Shown piece after piece: positions 7,141 through 16,324 of a DNA stretch of 64,000 bases. Where the stretch lies: assembly GCA_023381695.1 (NCBI GenBank), contig JAMCQP010000057.1, forward strand, positions 2,376 to 66,375, written 5' to 3'. Position 1 is the stretch's first letter. Each line of letters starts with the position of its first letter. Source of the DNA: Bacillota bacterium (GTDB lineage Bacteria; Bacillota; UBA5301; JAMCQP01). The notes beneath the pieces are model-generated. The model worked only from the letters and a program-made list of their open reading frames with translations. It ran no database searches and had not been told where the DNA came from. The position numbers and the translations under genes were made by a program.

Positions 7141-9606
7141 ATGCCCAAGGAGCGCATAAAAAAGCACCTGGGGGAGTTTTATTTGGACATCGTCATCGCG
7201 GGACAACGATACATACGGAAAAGCGGGCGCCTGTCCGACCTTGGCCAACTGGCCCGTGAAATGGGCCTGGCCAGGCCCGGGCAAGCAATACTCATTAGCG
7301 GTGGCGAAACCGCCCTGTCGGTGGCCGCCGGCAAGCTGCAAGCGAGCCTGGCCGCGGCCCTGGGCGAGGAGACGTCGATCCGCCAGTACGTGTACGGTAA
7401 GGATTGCACGGAAAAAACCATCTCCGCCCTGGCCGGAGAATTGGCCCGCGCCGGGGCCGGCCTCCTCGTGGCCGCTGGCGGCGGCAAAGCGCTGGACACC
7501 GCCAAGGCCGCGGCCTTCCGGGCGCGCATCCCGCTGGTCACCGTCCCGACCATCGCGGCCACCTGCGCCGCCGTCACCGCCCTGTCGGTGATCTACTCGG
7601 ACACCGGCCAGTACCTGCGGATGGAGTACGCCGTGCAGACCCCGTCCCTGGTTATCGTGGACACCGACATAATCGCGGCGGCTCCCCGGCGCTACCTCCG
7701 GTCCGGCGTGGGCGACACCCTGGCCAAATGGCACGAGGTGAACGCCACCGCCCAGAAAGCCCTCCTGGACCCTGAAATCGGCGGAACGGCCGCTTCCTTC
7801 GCCGTTCAATCGGCGCGCGCGGCGGCCTACCAGTGTTACCAGGCCCTGCTGGTCCACGCGCCGGCCGTTCTGGGCGACCGATCAAGCCCCAGCGCTGCAT
7901 CTCCCGGGGAAACACCAGAAACCGTTTCAACGAAGGCAGCTTCAACGAAAACAGTTGTGCCGGAAACCAGCTTGCTGGAGGCGGTCGTGGACGCCGTCAT
8001 CCTCCTGGCCGGCCTGGCCAGCGGCCTGGGGGGCAAGGCCTGCCGGACGGCCTGCGCCCACGCCGTGCATGACGCGCTCACCAGCCTGCCGGAAGCTTCG
8101 CGCCTTCTCCACGGCGAGCTGGTGGCCTTCGGCGTCCTCTGCCAGGCGGCGGTGGAGCACAAACCCGCCCGTGAGCTTCAAGAATTGATGGGTTTCTACC
8201 GGCGGCTGGCACTGCCCGTTTCACTGGCGGATCTGGGCCTGGCCACCGATGATCCACGGTTGATCAACGTCGCCAGCCAGGCGGCCGCTTCTCCGGACAT
8301 GCAGAATATGCCCTTTGCGGTATCGGCCGTCGACCTTCTGGACGCCTTCCGGCTCTTGCCCTCGCTTGCCGGATCATCAACCGGCCAAACCGGCGCATCA
8401 ACCGGCCAAATCGGCGCATCAACCGGCCCAACCGGCTCACCGGCTGGCCCAACCGGCTCATCGGCAGACCAGACCGGCGCGCGCGGCGCCTATCCCGTCC
8501 CCGCTTCGGCGCTGGCGCGCCCGGAGATCTTCGACGCCCGGCCCTTTGTGCCCGGGGTCTACGACCGCGAACCCGCCGCGCTGCGGAAAGAGCTTGGTTT
8601 GCCGGAAGTGATCAAGCTTTCTTTCAACGAAAATACGCTGGGGCCTTCTCCCGCAACTCTCAACGCCATGCGCCGGGCGCTGGAGGACTCGGCCTACTAC
8701 AACGATTCCGCCGGCCGGGAGCTCCGGCAGGCCCTGGCCCGGGAAAACGGGCTCCGCCCCGAAAACATCCTCTTGAGCAACGGCGCCGACGAAATGATCG
8801 GCATCATCTGCCAGACCTTTCTCCGGCCAGGCGAAGAGGCCGTCGTCTCGGATCCGACCTTTGGCTCCTATGCTTCCAGCGCGGCAATCATGGGCGGCCG
8901 GGTCAAAAAGGCGCCCCTCAAGGATTTCCGTCATGATCTGGACGGGCTTCTCGCCGCATGCAGCCCCCGGACCAAGCTCCTGTTTCTGTGCAACCCCAAC
9001 AATCCGACCGGAACCTACGTCAATCAGGGCGAGTTGCTGGACTTTGTGAAGCGTCTTCCCGCGCACGTGCTTCTGGTGCTGGATGAGGCTTACCGCGAAT
9101 ATGTCACGGCCGGGGACTTCCCGGCGACGGGCGATTTTCTGCATAAATATTCCGCCCGCATCATTCTCATCCGGACCTTCTCCAAGATCCACGGGCTGGC
9201 CTCGCTCCGGGTGGGATACGGCCTGGCCGGGGAAGACCTGATCGCCTGGATGGAGAAGGTCAGGCTGCCCTTCAACGTCAACCGGATTGCCCAGGCCGGC
9301 GCTCTGGCCAGCCTGAACGATCCGGAGCACCGCCGGAGAGTCAAGTCCGCCGTCACCGCGGAAAAAGAGTATTTATACGGCGCTTTTCGCCGGTTGGGCC
9401 TCGAATTTCAAGAGTCCCAGGCCAACTTCATCCTGGTAAAGATCGGCCGGGACGCCGACGCCGCCTGCAGCCAACTGCTCTCCGCCGGGCTGGTCTTACG
9501 CTCCGGTTCCGCTTTTGGCCTGCCCGATCACCTGCGGGTGTCGGTGGGCAGCCATCCCGAAAATGAGCGGTTTGTCGCCGAACTGTCCAGGGTGCTCGTG
9601 GAATAA
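7141..9606 (+). CDS. Two-domain fusion: an N-terminal glycerol-dehydrogenase-like iron-type alcohol dehydrogenase and a C-terminal HisC-like class II aminotransferase
   Basis: The N-terminal domain has GGGKALDTAKAAAF..PLVTVPTIAATCAAVTALSVIY..LHGELVAFG. The linker is STGQTGASTGQIGASTGPTGSPAGPTG. The C-terminal domain has FNENTLGPSP..CNPNNPTG..RTFSKIHGLASLRVGY. ATG 7141 lacks an RBS. The in-frame TTG 7183, preceded by GGGGGAG at 6-nt spacing, is an alternative start. Confidence 0.8.
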   Translation: MPKERIKKHLGEFYLDIVIAGQRYIRKSGRLSDLGQLAREMGLARPGQAILISGGETALSVAAGKLQASLAAALGEETSIRQYVYGKDCTEKTISALAGELARAGAGLLVAAGGGKALDTAKAAAFRARIPLVTVPTIAATCAAVTALSVIYSDTGQYLRMEYAVQTPSLVIVDTDIIAAAPRRYLRSGVGDTLAKWHEVNATAQKALLDPEIGGTAASFAVQSARAAAYQCYQALLVHAPAVLGDRSSPSAASPGETPETVSTKAASTKTVVPETSLLEAVVDAVILLAGLASGLGGKACRTACAHAVHDALTSLPEASRLLHGELVAFGVLCQAAVEHKPARELQELMGFYRRLALPVSLADLGLATDDPRLINVASQAAASPDMQNMPFAVSAVDLLDAFRLLPSLAGSSTGQTGASTGQIGASTGPTGSPAGPTGSSADQTGARGAYPVPASALARPEIFDARPFVPGVYDREPAALRKELGLPEVIKLSFNENTLGPSPATLNAMRRALEDSAYYNDSAGRELRQALARENGLRPENILLSNGADEMIGIICQTFLRPGEEAVVSDPTFGSYASSAAIMGGRVKKAPLKDFRHDLDGLLAACSPRTKLLFLCNPNNPTGTYVNQGELLDFVKRLPAHVLLVLDEAYREYVTAGDFPATGDFLHKYSARIILIRTFSKIHGLASLRVGYGLAGEDLIAWMEKVRLPFNVNRIAQAGALASLNDPEHRRRVKSAVTAEKEYLYGAFRRLGLEFQESQANFILVKIGRDADAACSQLLSAGLVLRSGSAFGLPDHLRVSVGSHPENERFVAELSRVLVE
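8371..8478. repeat. In-frame 21-bp tandem repeat (about 5 copies) encoding the inter-domain linker
   Basis: The units are gcatcaaccggccaaaccggc-like and encode (A/S)STGQ(T/I)G-type heptads between the ADH and aminotransferase domains. Confidence 0.85.
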
Positions 9607-9635
9607 TCTGGCGCCCGAGGCGTCGAACCCCTCTA

Positions 9636-9664
9636 TTGCAATAAAATACATGTTGATTTATAAT
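9636..9664 (+). promoter_or_regulatory. Sigma-A-type promoter of the ABC importer operon
   Basis: TTGCAA (9636-9641), a 17-nt spacer, then TATAAT (9659-9664), about 65 nt upstream of ATG 9731. Confidence 0.6.
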
Positions 9665-9730
9665 TATACCATACCTGACGGGATGTTTCAGTCGACTTCG
9701 GATATTAGTTGGATTTTGGATGGAGGTAAT

Positions 9731-10735
9731 ATGGAAATGGCGAGGATTTTTACCAGACAAACCTTCCTGATCGCCTTGCTGGCGCTTTCACTGGCCATGG
9801 GGTTTGGCCTGGCCGGCGGCGGCGCCCTGGCGGCCAAACCGGCTGACGCAATCAAGATTAGCCTGCCGACATGGTCCGGCTATGCCCCGTTGCTTCTGGC
9901 GAAAGAAAAGGGCTATTTTGAAAAACACGGCGCAAACGTGGAATTCGTGGTCATCCAGGGCCTGGCGGAACGCAAGCAGGCTCTGGCCGCCAACCGCATC
10001 CAGGGAATGGCCACCGCCCTCGACGTCCATGTCACTCTGGCCGCGGCGGGCATTCCCATCAAAGTGGTGGTGGCCATGGACCACTCCAGCGGCGGCGACG
10101 GAATCCTGGCCAAACCGGGCATCAAGAGCCTGGCGGATCTCAAGGGCAAGACGGTGGCCTTCATGCAAGGGTCCACCAGCCACCTCTTCTTCCTCACCGC
10201 CCTTGAGAAGAGCGGCGTGCCGGAAGATGCGGTGAAGGCCGTGGATATGACCGCGGGCGACGCGGGAGCAGCTTTTGTGGCCGGCAAGGTGGATGCCGCG
10301 GTCACCTGGGAACCCTGGCTGTCCAAGGCCGAAAAAGAGGGCGCCGGCAAGGTGCTGGTCTCCACCAGAGACTTTCCGGGCCTGATCGTGGATTCGCTGG
10401 CGTTCCGCGCCGATACGGTCAAGCAGAACCCGGAGGCCATCAAAGGGATTGTGGCCGCCTGGTACGAGGCCATCGAATTCTGGAAGGCCCATCCGGATGA
10501 AGCCAACGCCATCATGGCCAGGGCGCTCAACTGGTCGGTGGCCGAATTCGCGGAAACCCTTCCCGGACTGAGCTTTTACGACAAGGCGGCCAACCTGGCG
10601 TTCTTCGGCACGCCAAAAGCTCCCGGAGCCATTTATGCCACCGCCAAACGGGCCGCCGACTTTTATTACAACAAAAAGGTCATCGACCGCAAGCCCGACA
10701 TCAACGAGATGATCGACGCCGCGTTTTTGAAATGA
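9731..10735 (+). CDS. ABC transporter substrate-binding protein, NitT/TauT (SsuA/TauA-like) family
   Basis: Start ATG 9731 after GGATGGAGG. Signal-like N-terminus MEMARIFTRQTFLIALLALSLAMGFGLAGGGALA. Family-typical LPTWSGYAPLLLAKEKGYFEKHGANVEFV. Confidence 0.8.
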   Translation: MEMARIFTRQTFLIALLALSLAMGFGLAGGGALAAKPADAIKISLPTWSGYAPLLLAKEKGYFEKHGANVEFVVIQGLAERKQALAANRIQGMATALDVHVTLAAAGIPIKVVVAMDHSSGGDGILAKPGIKSLADLKGKTVAFMQGSTSHLFFLTALEKSGVPEDAVKAVDMTAGDAGAAFVAGKVDAAVTWEPWLSKAEKEGAGKVLVSTRDFPGLIVDSLAFRADTVKQNPEAIKGIVAAWYEAIEFWKAHPDEANAIMARALNWSVAEFAETLPGLSFYDKAANLAFFGTPKAPGAIYATAKRAADFYYNKKVIDRKPDINEMIDAAFLK

Positions 10736-10802
10736 GACGCAGTGCACCGCGGGTTAAAGCACCGCGGTTTTGAAGCGAAATGGGAGGCATTTTTCAGTGT
10801 CC

Positions 10803-11636
10803 ATGCAAATCTCCCGGCCGGCCAGGAGAAGCGGTGGCTTCCGCAAGCTCTGGCGCCCGAAAGAAAAGATACCGCAGGCTCTGGCGGTGGTTCTGGGAAG
10901 CAGCGCCTTCGCCCTGGTGTTATTGGCCTGGTCCGTGCTCACTTACGGTGGCTTCGTGCCACCGTTGTTCTTGCCATCGCCCACCGAAGTAATCGTTTCC
11001 GGATATCGCGCCTTCACCCAATTCGGCCTCTGGAACGACATTGCCGCCAGCGTCTACCGCGTCTCCGCCGGGTGGTTTCTGGCCGCCTTGCTTGGCGTGC
11101 CGCTGGGCATCCTGATGGGAAGCTTGCGGGTGGTGGCCGCGTTCATCGAGCCGCTCATCGGCTTCATCCGTTACATGCCCGCCTCGGCGTTCATCCCGCT
11201 GCTCATCCTGTGGGTGGGCATCGACGACTCCGAAAAGATCGCGGTGATCTTCATCGGCACCTTCTTTCAACTGGTGATCATGATCGCCGACGTGGCCAAG
11301 AACGTGCCGAAGGACCTGCTGGAAAGCTCCTACACCCTCGGCGCCCGGCCGGGTCAGGTCCTCTGGCGCATCCTCCTGCCGGCCTCGCTGCCCGGCATCG
11401 TGGACACCCTGCGGATCACCCTGGGCTGGGCCTGGACGTATCTGGTGGTCGCGGAGCTGGTGGCCGCCGCTTCGGGGCTGGGCCACATGATCATGGACGC
11501 CCAGAGGTATCTCCGCACCGCCAACATCATCGTCGGCATAGTCATTATCGGCCTTCTGGGCATGGTCCTGGATCTCTTCTTCAAGATGTTGCACCGGGGG
11601 CTGTTTCCCTGGATGAGCCGGGAGGGGAAGGGCTGA
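10803..11636 (+). CDS. ABC transporter permease, NitT/TauT family
   Basis: Multi-TM protein of SsuC/TauC type. Possible starts are ATG 10803 or GTG 10797, both after GGGAGG (10782-10787). The track's TTG 10770 is less likely. Confidence 0.8.
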   Translation: MQISRPARRSGGFRKLWRPKEKIPQALAVVLGSSAFALVLLAWSVLTYGGFVPPLFLPSPTEVIVSGYRAFTQFGLWNDIAASVYRVSAGWFLAALLGVPLGILMGSLRVVAAFIEPLIGFIRYMPASAFIPLLILWVGIDDSEKIAVIFIGTFFQLVIMIADVAKNVPKDLLESSYTLGARPGQVLWRILLPASLPGIVDTLRITLGWAWTYLVVAELVAAASGLGHMIMDAQRYLRTANIIVGIVIIGLLGMVLDLFFKMLHRGLFPWMSREGKG

Positions 11637-12418
11637 TGAGCGCCAAACTGCGGGTGGAGGGCGTATCCAAGGTTTTTGCGGCAAAAAGGCAACCCGTAAC
11701 CGCGCTGGAAGATACCAGTTTTTCCGCGGCGGAAGGAGAGTTTGTCACCATCCTCGGCCCGTCCGGGTGCGGCAAGTCCACCCTGTTGCGGATCATTGCA
11801 GGTCTCGAAGAGCCTTCGTCCGGCTCCATCTGGATTGGTGATCGCCCGGTGAACGAACCCGGCGCCGACCGGGGGATGGTCTTTCAAAGCTACACCCTGT
11901 TTCCATGGCTGAGCGTCCTGGACAACATCGGATTCGGGTTGCGGCTCAAGGGAAGCTCCCGGCCGGAGCGGGACCGGATCGCCCGGCATTACCTCGAAAA
12001 GATCGGCCTGGCGGAGTTCGCCCGGGCGTACCCTTCGGAACTCTCCGGCGGCATGAAGCAGCGGGTGGCCATCGCCCGGGCGCTGGCCAACGATCCGGAA
12101 GTTCTGCTCATGGATGAACCTTTCGGCGCCCTGGACGCCCAGACCCGGATGCTCATGCAGGAATTGCTGCTCCAGGTCTGGGAGGAGTCGCACAAGACCG
12201 TCCTTTTTGTGACCCACGACGTGGAGGAAGCGATCTTCATGGCGGACCGGGTCTACGTGATGACCGCCCGTCCGGGACGGCTGAAGGCGGAGATAAACGT
12301 CCCCCTCCCGCGGCCGCGCACCTACGAGATGAAGTCGGAACCTGTCTTCGCCCAACTCAAAAAAACGCTCATGGACCTGATCCGGCAAGAGAGCTGGCGG
12401 GCCCTGAATGCGATCTGA
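11636..12418 (+). CDS. ABC transporter ATP-binding protein (SsuB/TauB-like)
   Basis: ATG 11636 overlaps the permease stop (TGATG). It has Walker A GPSGCGKST, the signature LSGGMKQRVAIARAL, and Walker B LLMDEPFGALD. The 558-aa track ORF is a run-on of this frame. Confidence 0.9.
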   Translation: MSAKLRVEGVSKVFAAKRQPVTALEDTSFSAAEGEFVTILGPSGCGKSTLLRIIAGLEEPSSGSIWIGDRPVNEPGADRGMVFQSYTLFPWLSVLDNIGFGLRLKGSSRPERDRIARHYLEKIGLAEFARAYPSELSGGMKQRVAIARALANDPEVLLMDEPFGALDAQTRMLMQELLLQVWEESHKTVLFVTHDVEEAIFMADRVYVMTARPGRLKAEINVPLPRPRTYEMKSEPVFAQLKKTLMDLIRQESWRALNAI

Positions 12419-12466
12419 AACGCGATCTGATGTCTAAAATGCGATCTAAAACGCAGTATATGCAGT

Positions 12467-13660
12467 CTATTTAGAATCAAAAATGTCCAGAGCGGTAAGA
12501 GCGAGGGCCTTGGCGGCGAGCAGCATCGCCCGGTGGCCCTCCGGTGAGGCGGCCGCCCGGCAAAAAGCCTCGGAATGGCCGGGGACACCCCGGGGGACGA
12601 TGGCCAGGTAAGGATGAGCGCAGGGTATGAGGTGGCTGACCGTGCCAATATCCGAGGAGAACCTGGCCGTACCGGCTTCCTCCCACTCGACGCCGAGGGC
12701 GGTGAGATTCTGCCCGAGAAGATCAAGAAGCCGCCGGTCCGGGATGAAATCCGCGTAAGTCTTGGCCCACTGGGCGAACTCGACCCTTGTGCCGGTCGCC
12801 AGGGCCGCACCCCGGGCGCAATCCCTGACGCGTTCAACGACGGTGGTTAACGAAGCCAGGGTCTCGGCACGAACGTTGAGTTTAACCTCGGTGAAATCAG
12901 GGATGGTATTGGGAGACTCACCGCCGTGGCTGATAATCCCGTGCACCCTGACATCCGCGGTCAGATGCTGGCGCAAGGCATTGACGGCGTTAAAGAACAG
13001 CACCGCCGCGTCGAGCGCATTCAGGCCGGATTCCGGCGAACCCGCGGCGTGCGCGGCGCGCCCATGAAAGGAAAGCACCAGGCTCTCACGCGCCAGAAGC
13101 GGTGTCGTAAGGACGTTACAATCGCCAAAATGAAACATCATCGCCGAGTCGATATCCGCGAAGGCGCCCGCCTCGGCAAGATGCACCTTGCCGCCGGCCT
13201 GAGGCACGGTGCCCTCCTCGGCCGGCGTCCCGAATACCACCACGGTACCAATCAGGTCTTCGCCCAGCTCGGCAAGAGCCAGCGCCGCTCCCGCCGAGGC
13301 GACTCCGGAAAGGTTGTGCGCGCAGGCGTGGCCGATTCCCGGCAAAGCATCATACTCGGCAAGGAAAGCGACTTTGATCCTGCTTTCCCGGTGTTCCTCG
13401 GACGGCCGCGCCAACCCGTGCGCCGGCGTTTCAAGCGCAGCCCGAAACGCAGTAGCAAGGCCCGTGTACGGGAGCATCACCGTGAAACCCGCCTCCGCCA
13501 GGGCATGAGTAAGAAGCGATGCGGCCCGGTGCTCCGCAAAACCCAGCTCGGGATGACTGTGTATCTCATCGGCCAGGGAGATCAGCTCCGCCGCATGTTC
13601 GTCCACCCACGAAACGGCGCGTTTCTTAAGCGCCGCGAGGTTCTGTTGACAGGTTGGCAT
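12467..13660 (-). CDS. M20-family amidohydrolase (M20D, AbgB/aminoacylase-like)
   Basis: Start ATG 13660 after GGAGGAG. The sequence has HSHPELGFAEHRAA and GHACAHN motifs. It is the last gene of the minus-strand operon. Confidence 0.7.
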   Translation of the reverse strand: MPTCQQNLAALKKRAVSWVDEHAAELISLADEIHSHPELGFAEHRAASLLTHALAEAGFTVMLPYTGLATAFRAALETPAHGLARPSEEHRESRIKVAFLAEYDALPGIGHACAHNLSGVASAGAALALAELGEDLIGTVVVFGTPAEEGTVPQAGGKVHLAEAGAFADIDSAMMFHFGDCNVLTTPLLARESLVLSFHGRAAHAAGSPESGLNALDAAVLFFNAVNALRQHLTADVRVHGIISHGGESPNTIPDFTEVKLNVRAETLASLTTVVERVRDCARGAALATGTRVEFAQWAKTYADFIPDRRLLDLLGQNLTALGVEWEEAGTARFSSDIGTVSHLIPCAHPYLAIVPRGVPGHSEAFCRAAASPEGHRAMLLAAKALALTALDIFDSK

Positions 13661-13667
13661 TGCGTTG

Positions 13668-15473
13668 TCACTCCTCCACAACCGGAATGAGGCGCCGCGC
13701 ATCGACGTCGACGAGGCCCCGGTCGGAGAGCTTGACGCGCGGGCTTGTCGTCAGCGTCACCATGGTCAGGAACATCAAACCCCGCCGGTGGGTTACGCCA
13801 AGCTTTTGCAGTGCGGCCTCAAATTCCTTCACCTTCCGGCTGATCACCGCCACGGGCGCATCGGAAAGCAGTCCCGCCACCGGCAACGGGACGAGCGTTT
13901 TGATCTCGCCGCCCTCAACCGCAACCAGTCCTCCACCCGCGTCCACCAGGCAATTCGCCGCCAGGGCCATATCCCGCGGGTCGGCGCCAATAATCACGAG
14001 GTTGTGGCTGTCGTGAGCCACCGTCGAAGCCACCGCGCCGCGCATACGGCCGTATCCGCTCAGGAAGCCAAGCGACCGCCGCCCATTGACGCCGTGACGT
14101 TCGCAGACAGCCACCAGGGCCAGATCCTCCGCCAGGATGGGACGGCCGGCCTTGAACGTAATTACCCGCGTTTCGAGTTCCGTCAGGGTGTTTTCCCCAT
14201 TGGCTCGGATCACCCGGCACCGCCTGGCCCCATCCAGACCCGCGAAGGTAAAGTCGTCTCCGGTCAAGCGCGGGACCATCAGAGGCTTTATGCTCGTATT
14301 TGCCACGCCGGTATCGGCTACGCTCAACCGAAGGATCTCGCGGCCGCCGATAAAAACCCGTTCAACCTGAAGCCGGGTCAAATCCGGGGTCAGGAAGAAA
14401 TCGGCGTAGCACCCCGGTTGGAGGGCGCCAAGCCGCGATAAGCCCATCAGCCTCGCCGGCCGGATCGTCGCCGACGCAAGGGCCTCCAGGGGCGGAAGGC
14501 CGAGGCTGATTGCCCGGCGTACATTACCGGTCAAATGACCCTCGGTAAATCCGCTCGGCGGAAAATCGTCGGTGACGAACACCACCCTGTCCAGCGCCGA
14601 GGGTCCTCCTGGTGCTGGCGAGGACTCGCCTTCCGGTTCGTGATGCTCCAGCAGTTCTAAAAGAAGGGCGATGTTCTCCGGCGAGATCGACTTCTCCTGA
14701 AGTTGAACCCAGACCCCCAGCCTGATCTCATCCCGGATCTTCTCCGGGTTCATCAGAGTATGATCCGTCGAGATCCCCGCGGCAAAATAGGCGGCTCGCG
14801 CAACGCCTGTCAGCGACGGGCAATGGCCCTCAACGAGCCATCCTTGCTTGCGGGCCTCCGCAAGTATCGCCGTCGCCCTCGCCTCACCGTCCACCACGGC
14901 CCGGAAGTCCATCATTTCGCCGAGGGCAATCAACCGCTCGTCCAGGGCGAAGATCCGGCGGATCTCCCCAGGCCCCCAATTCGCCCCGGAAGTCTCAAGC
15001 TCGGCCGAGGTGGCCGGGACGCAACTGGGAACAGAGAAGAAAAAGCGCAACGGCAGGTCCCGGCTGGCCTCGAGCATGTAGCGAACCCCGTCCTCGCCCA
15101 GGACATTGGCGATCTCGTGGGGGTCGGCGACAACGGCCGTCGTGCCGGACGGCGCCACGGCCTCCGCGAAACGGCGAGGGGTCACGAAGCTGCTCTCGAT
15201 GTGCGTGTGCACGTCCAGAAGGCCGGGCACGGCGTAGCAACCGCCCCCGTCCACCACCTGCACATCGGGGCCGCCGGGGGTGGAAGCCTCCAGCTCTCCG
15301 CGGGGCGCAGGAAACTCCATCTCGCCGCCGGCTGCCAAAACCAGTCCATTCTCGATCCAGAGCGGGCCGGGAACGATTGTCTTATGGACCACGTCCACGA
15401 CGCGCACGTTGCGAACGATCATCCGTCGCGGCCCTCCGGATCGGTTCCCGCTGGTTACAGGCACCAGGTTCAC
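13668..15473 (-). CDS. ade: Adenine deaminase
   Basis: VPGLLDVHTHIESSFVTPRRFAEAVAPSGTTAVVADPHEIANVLG matches the adenine deaminase core. The likelier start is ATG 15422 (RBS GGAGGG, 9-nt spacing) rather than GTG 15473. Confidence 0.85.
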   Translation of the reverse strand: MNLVPVTSGNRSGGPRRMIVRNVRVVDVVHKTIVPGPLWIENGLVLAAGGEMEFPAPRGELEASTPGGPDVQVVDGGGCYAVPGLLDVHTHIESSFVTPRRFAEAVAPSGTTAVVADPHEIANVLGEDGVRYMLEASRDLPLRFFFSVPSCVPATSAELETSGANWGPGEIRRIFALDERLIALGEMMDFRAVVDGEARATAILAEARKQGWLVEGHCPSLTGVARAAYFAAGISTDHTLMNPEKIRDEIRLGVWVQLQEKSISPENIALLLELLEHHEPEGESSPAPGGPSALDRVVFVTDDFPPSGFTEGHLTGNVRRAISLGLPPLEALASATIRPARLMGLSRLGALQPGCYADFFLTPDLTRLQVERVFIGGREILRLSVADTGVANTSIKPLMVPRLTGDDFTFAGLDGARRCRVIRANGENTLTELETRVITFKAGRPILAEDLALVAVCERHGVNGRRSLGFLSGYGRMRGAVASTVAHDSHNLVIIGADPRDMALAANCLVDAGGGLVAVEGGEIKTLVPLPVAGLLSDAPVAVISRKVKEFEAALQKLGVTHRRGLMFLTMVTLTTSPRVKLSDRGLVDVDARRLIPVVEE

Positions 15474-16228
15474 CTCCCTTGCGCGCTGGCCGCCCCGGCG
15501 CTCGCGAGCAACTCGATCGCCCGGAGCGCAATCAGGATCTCCTTGCGCTCGGCAATTTTAAAGAGGCGGTCCTTCTCCTCCAGCGCCGGCTGTTCGGCAA
15601 GCCAGATGTTGGAGTCGGTCCCGACGATCGCCCCGCAGCGCGCGCGCCGCGCGGAAGCGACGACAAACAGCGTGGCGCACTCGTTCTCGGAGACCATCAC
15701 GCCCGCCGTCTTGAGCTTTTCGTTGAGTTCCTTGTCCTGAACGTAGTAGGCGTCCCGGGTGAAGCTCAGGCCATGGTATCCTTTCTCCCCTTGCTCTCGC
15801 GCAGCGGCCAAAAGCGCGTTGGTCACCTCCAGATCGGCGATCGCCGGAAACTGGACCGGCAGGTAAGCCTGGCTCGTCCCCTCCCCCCGGTAGGCGCCGG
15901 TCACGACCACCACGTCGCCGATCGGAAGGTACTCCTGGCGGGCGCCGGCGGAACCAACCCGGATAAAGGTGTCCGCCCCGACCTTTATCAACTCCTCAAT
16001 GGCAATGGACGCCGACGGGCCACCGATGCCGGTCGAGCAGACACTCACGGGGATGCCGTGAAATGTCCCGGTGAAGACCGTATACTCACGATTCTCCGCA
16101 ACGAGACGGGGATTTTCGAAGTACTCCGCGATCCGCCTGGACCGCGCCGGGTCTCCAGGGAGCAGCACGTAGCGCCCGACATCGCCGGGGACGCACCGGA
16201 TATGTTTCTGAAGCCCAGGTTGAGTCAT
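15470..16228 (-). CDS. Nucleoside phosphorylase, PNP/UDP family 1 (uridine or purine nucleoside phosphorylase)
   Basis: 252 aa with VLLPGDPARSRRIAEYF...VCSTGIGGPSASIAIEELIKVGADTFIRVGSAG. Confidence 0.75.
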   Translation of the reverse strand: MTQPGLQKHIRCVPGDVGRYVLLPGDPARSRRIAEYFENPRLVAENREYTVFTGTFHGIPVSVCSTGIGGPSASIAIEELIKVGADTFIRVGSAGARQEYLPIGDVVVVTGAYRGEGTSQAYLPVQFPAIADLEVTNALLAAAREQGEKGYHGLSFTRDAYYVQDKELNEKLKTAGVMVSENECATLFVVASARRARCGAIVGTDSNIWLAEQPALEEKDRLFKIAERKEILIALRAIELLASAGAASAQGR

Positions 16229-16283
16229 TTGCCAACCTCCCGTATAAATTTAAGGCGCCGCGTATAATGGCAGACAGTAAAGA

Positions 16284-16309
16284 GAGCGGCCCGGTCGGCC
16301 GGGCCGCTC
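16284..16309 (-). terminator. GC-rich hairpin downstream of the binding-protein gene (internal terminator or attenuator)
   Basis: The hairpin is GAGCGGCCCGG-tcgg-CCGGGCCGCTC. On the minus strand it is followed by tctttactg, a weak T tract. Confidence 0.4.
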
Positions 16310-16324
16310 CTGCACAGTTTACGT

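Noticed and set aside
10742-11635. N-terminal 298 aa of the 558-aa track ORF that ends at 12418
   Set aside because: This part is an out-of-frame read-through across the permease gene. The real ATPase starts at ATG 11636, coupled to the permease stop.
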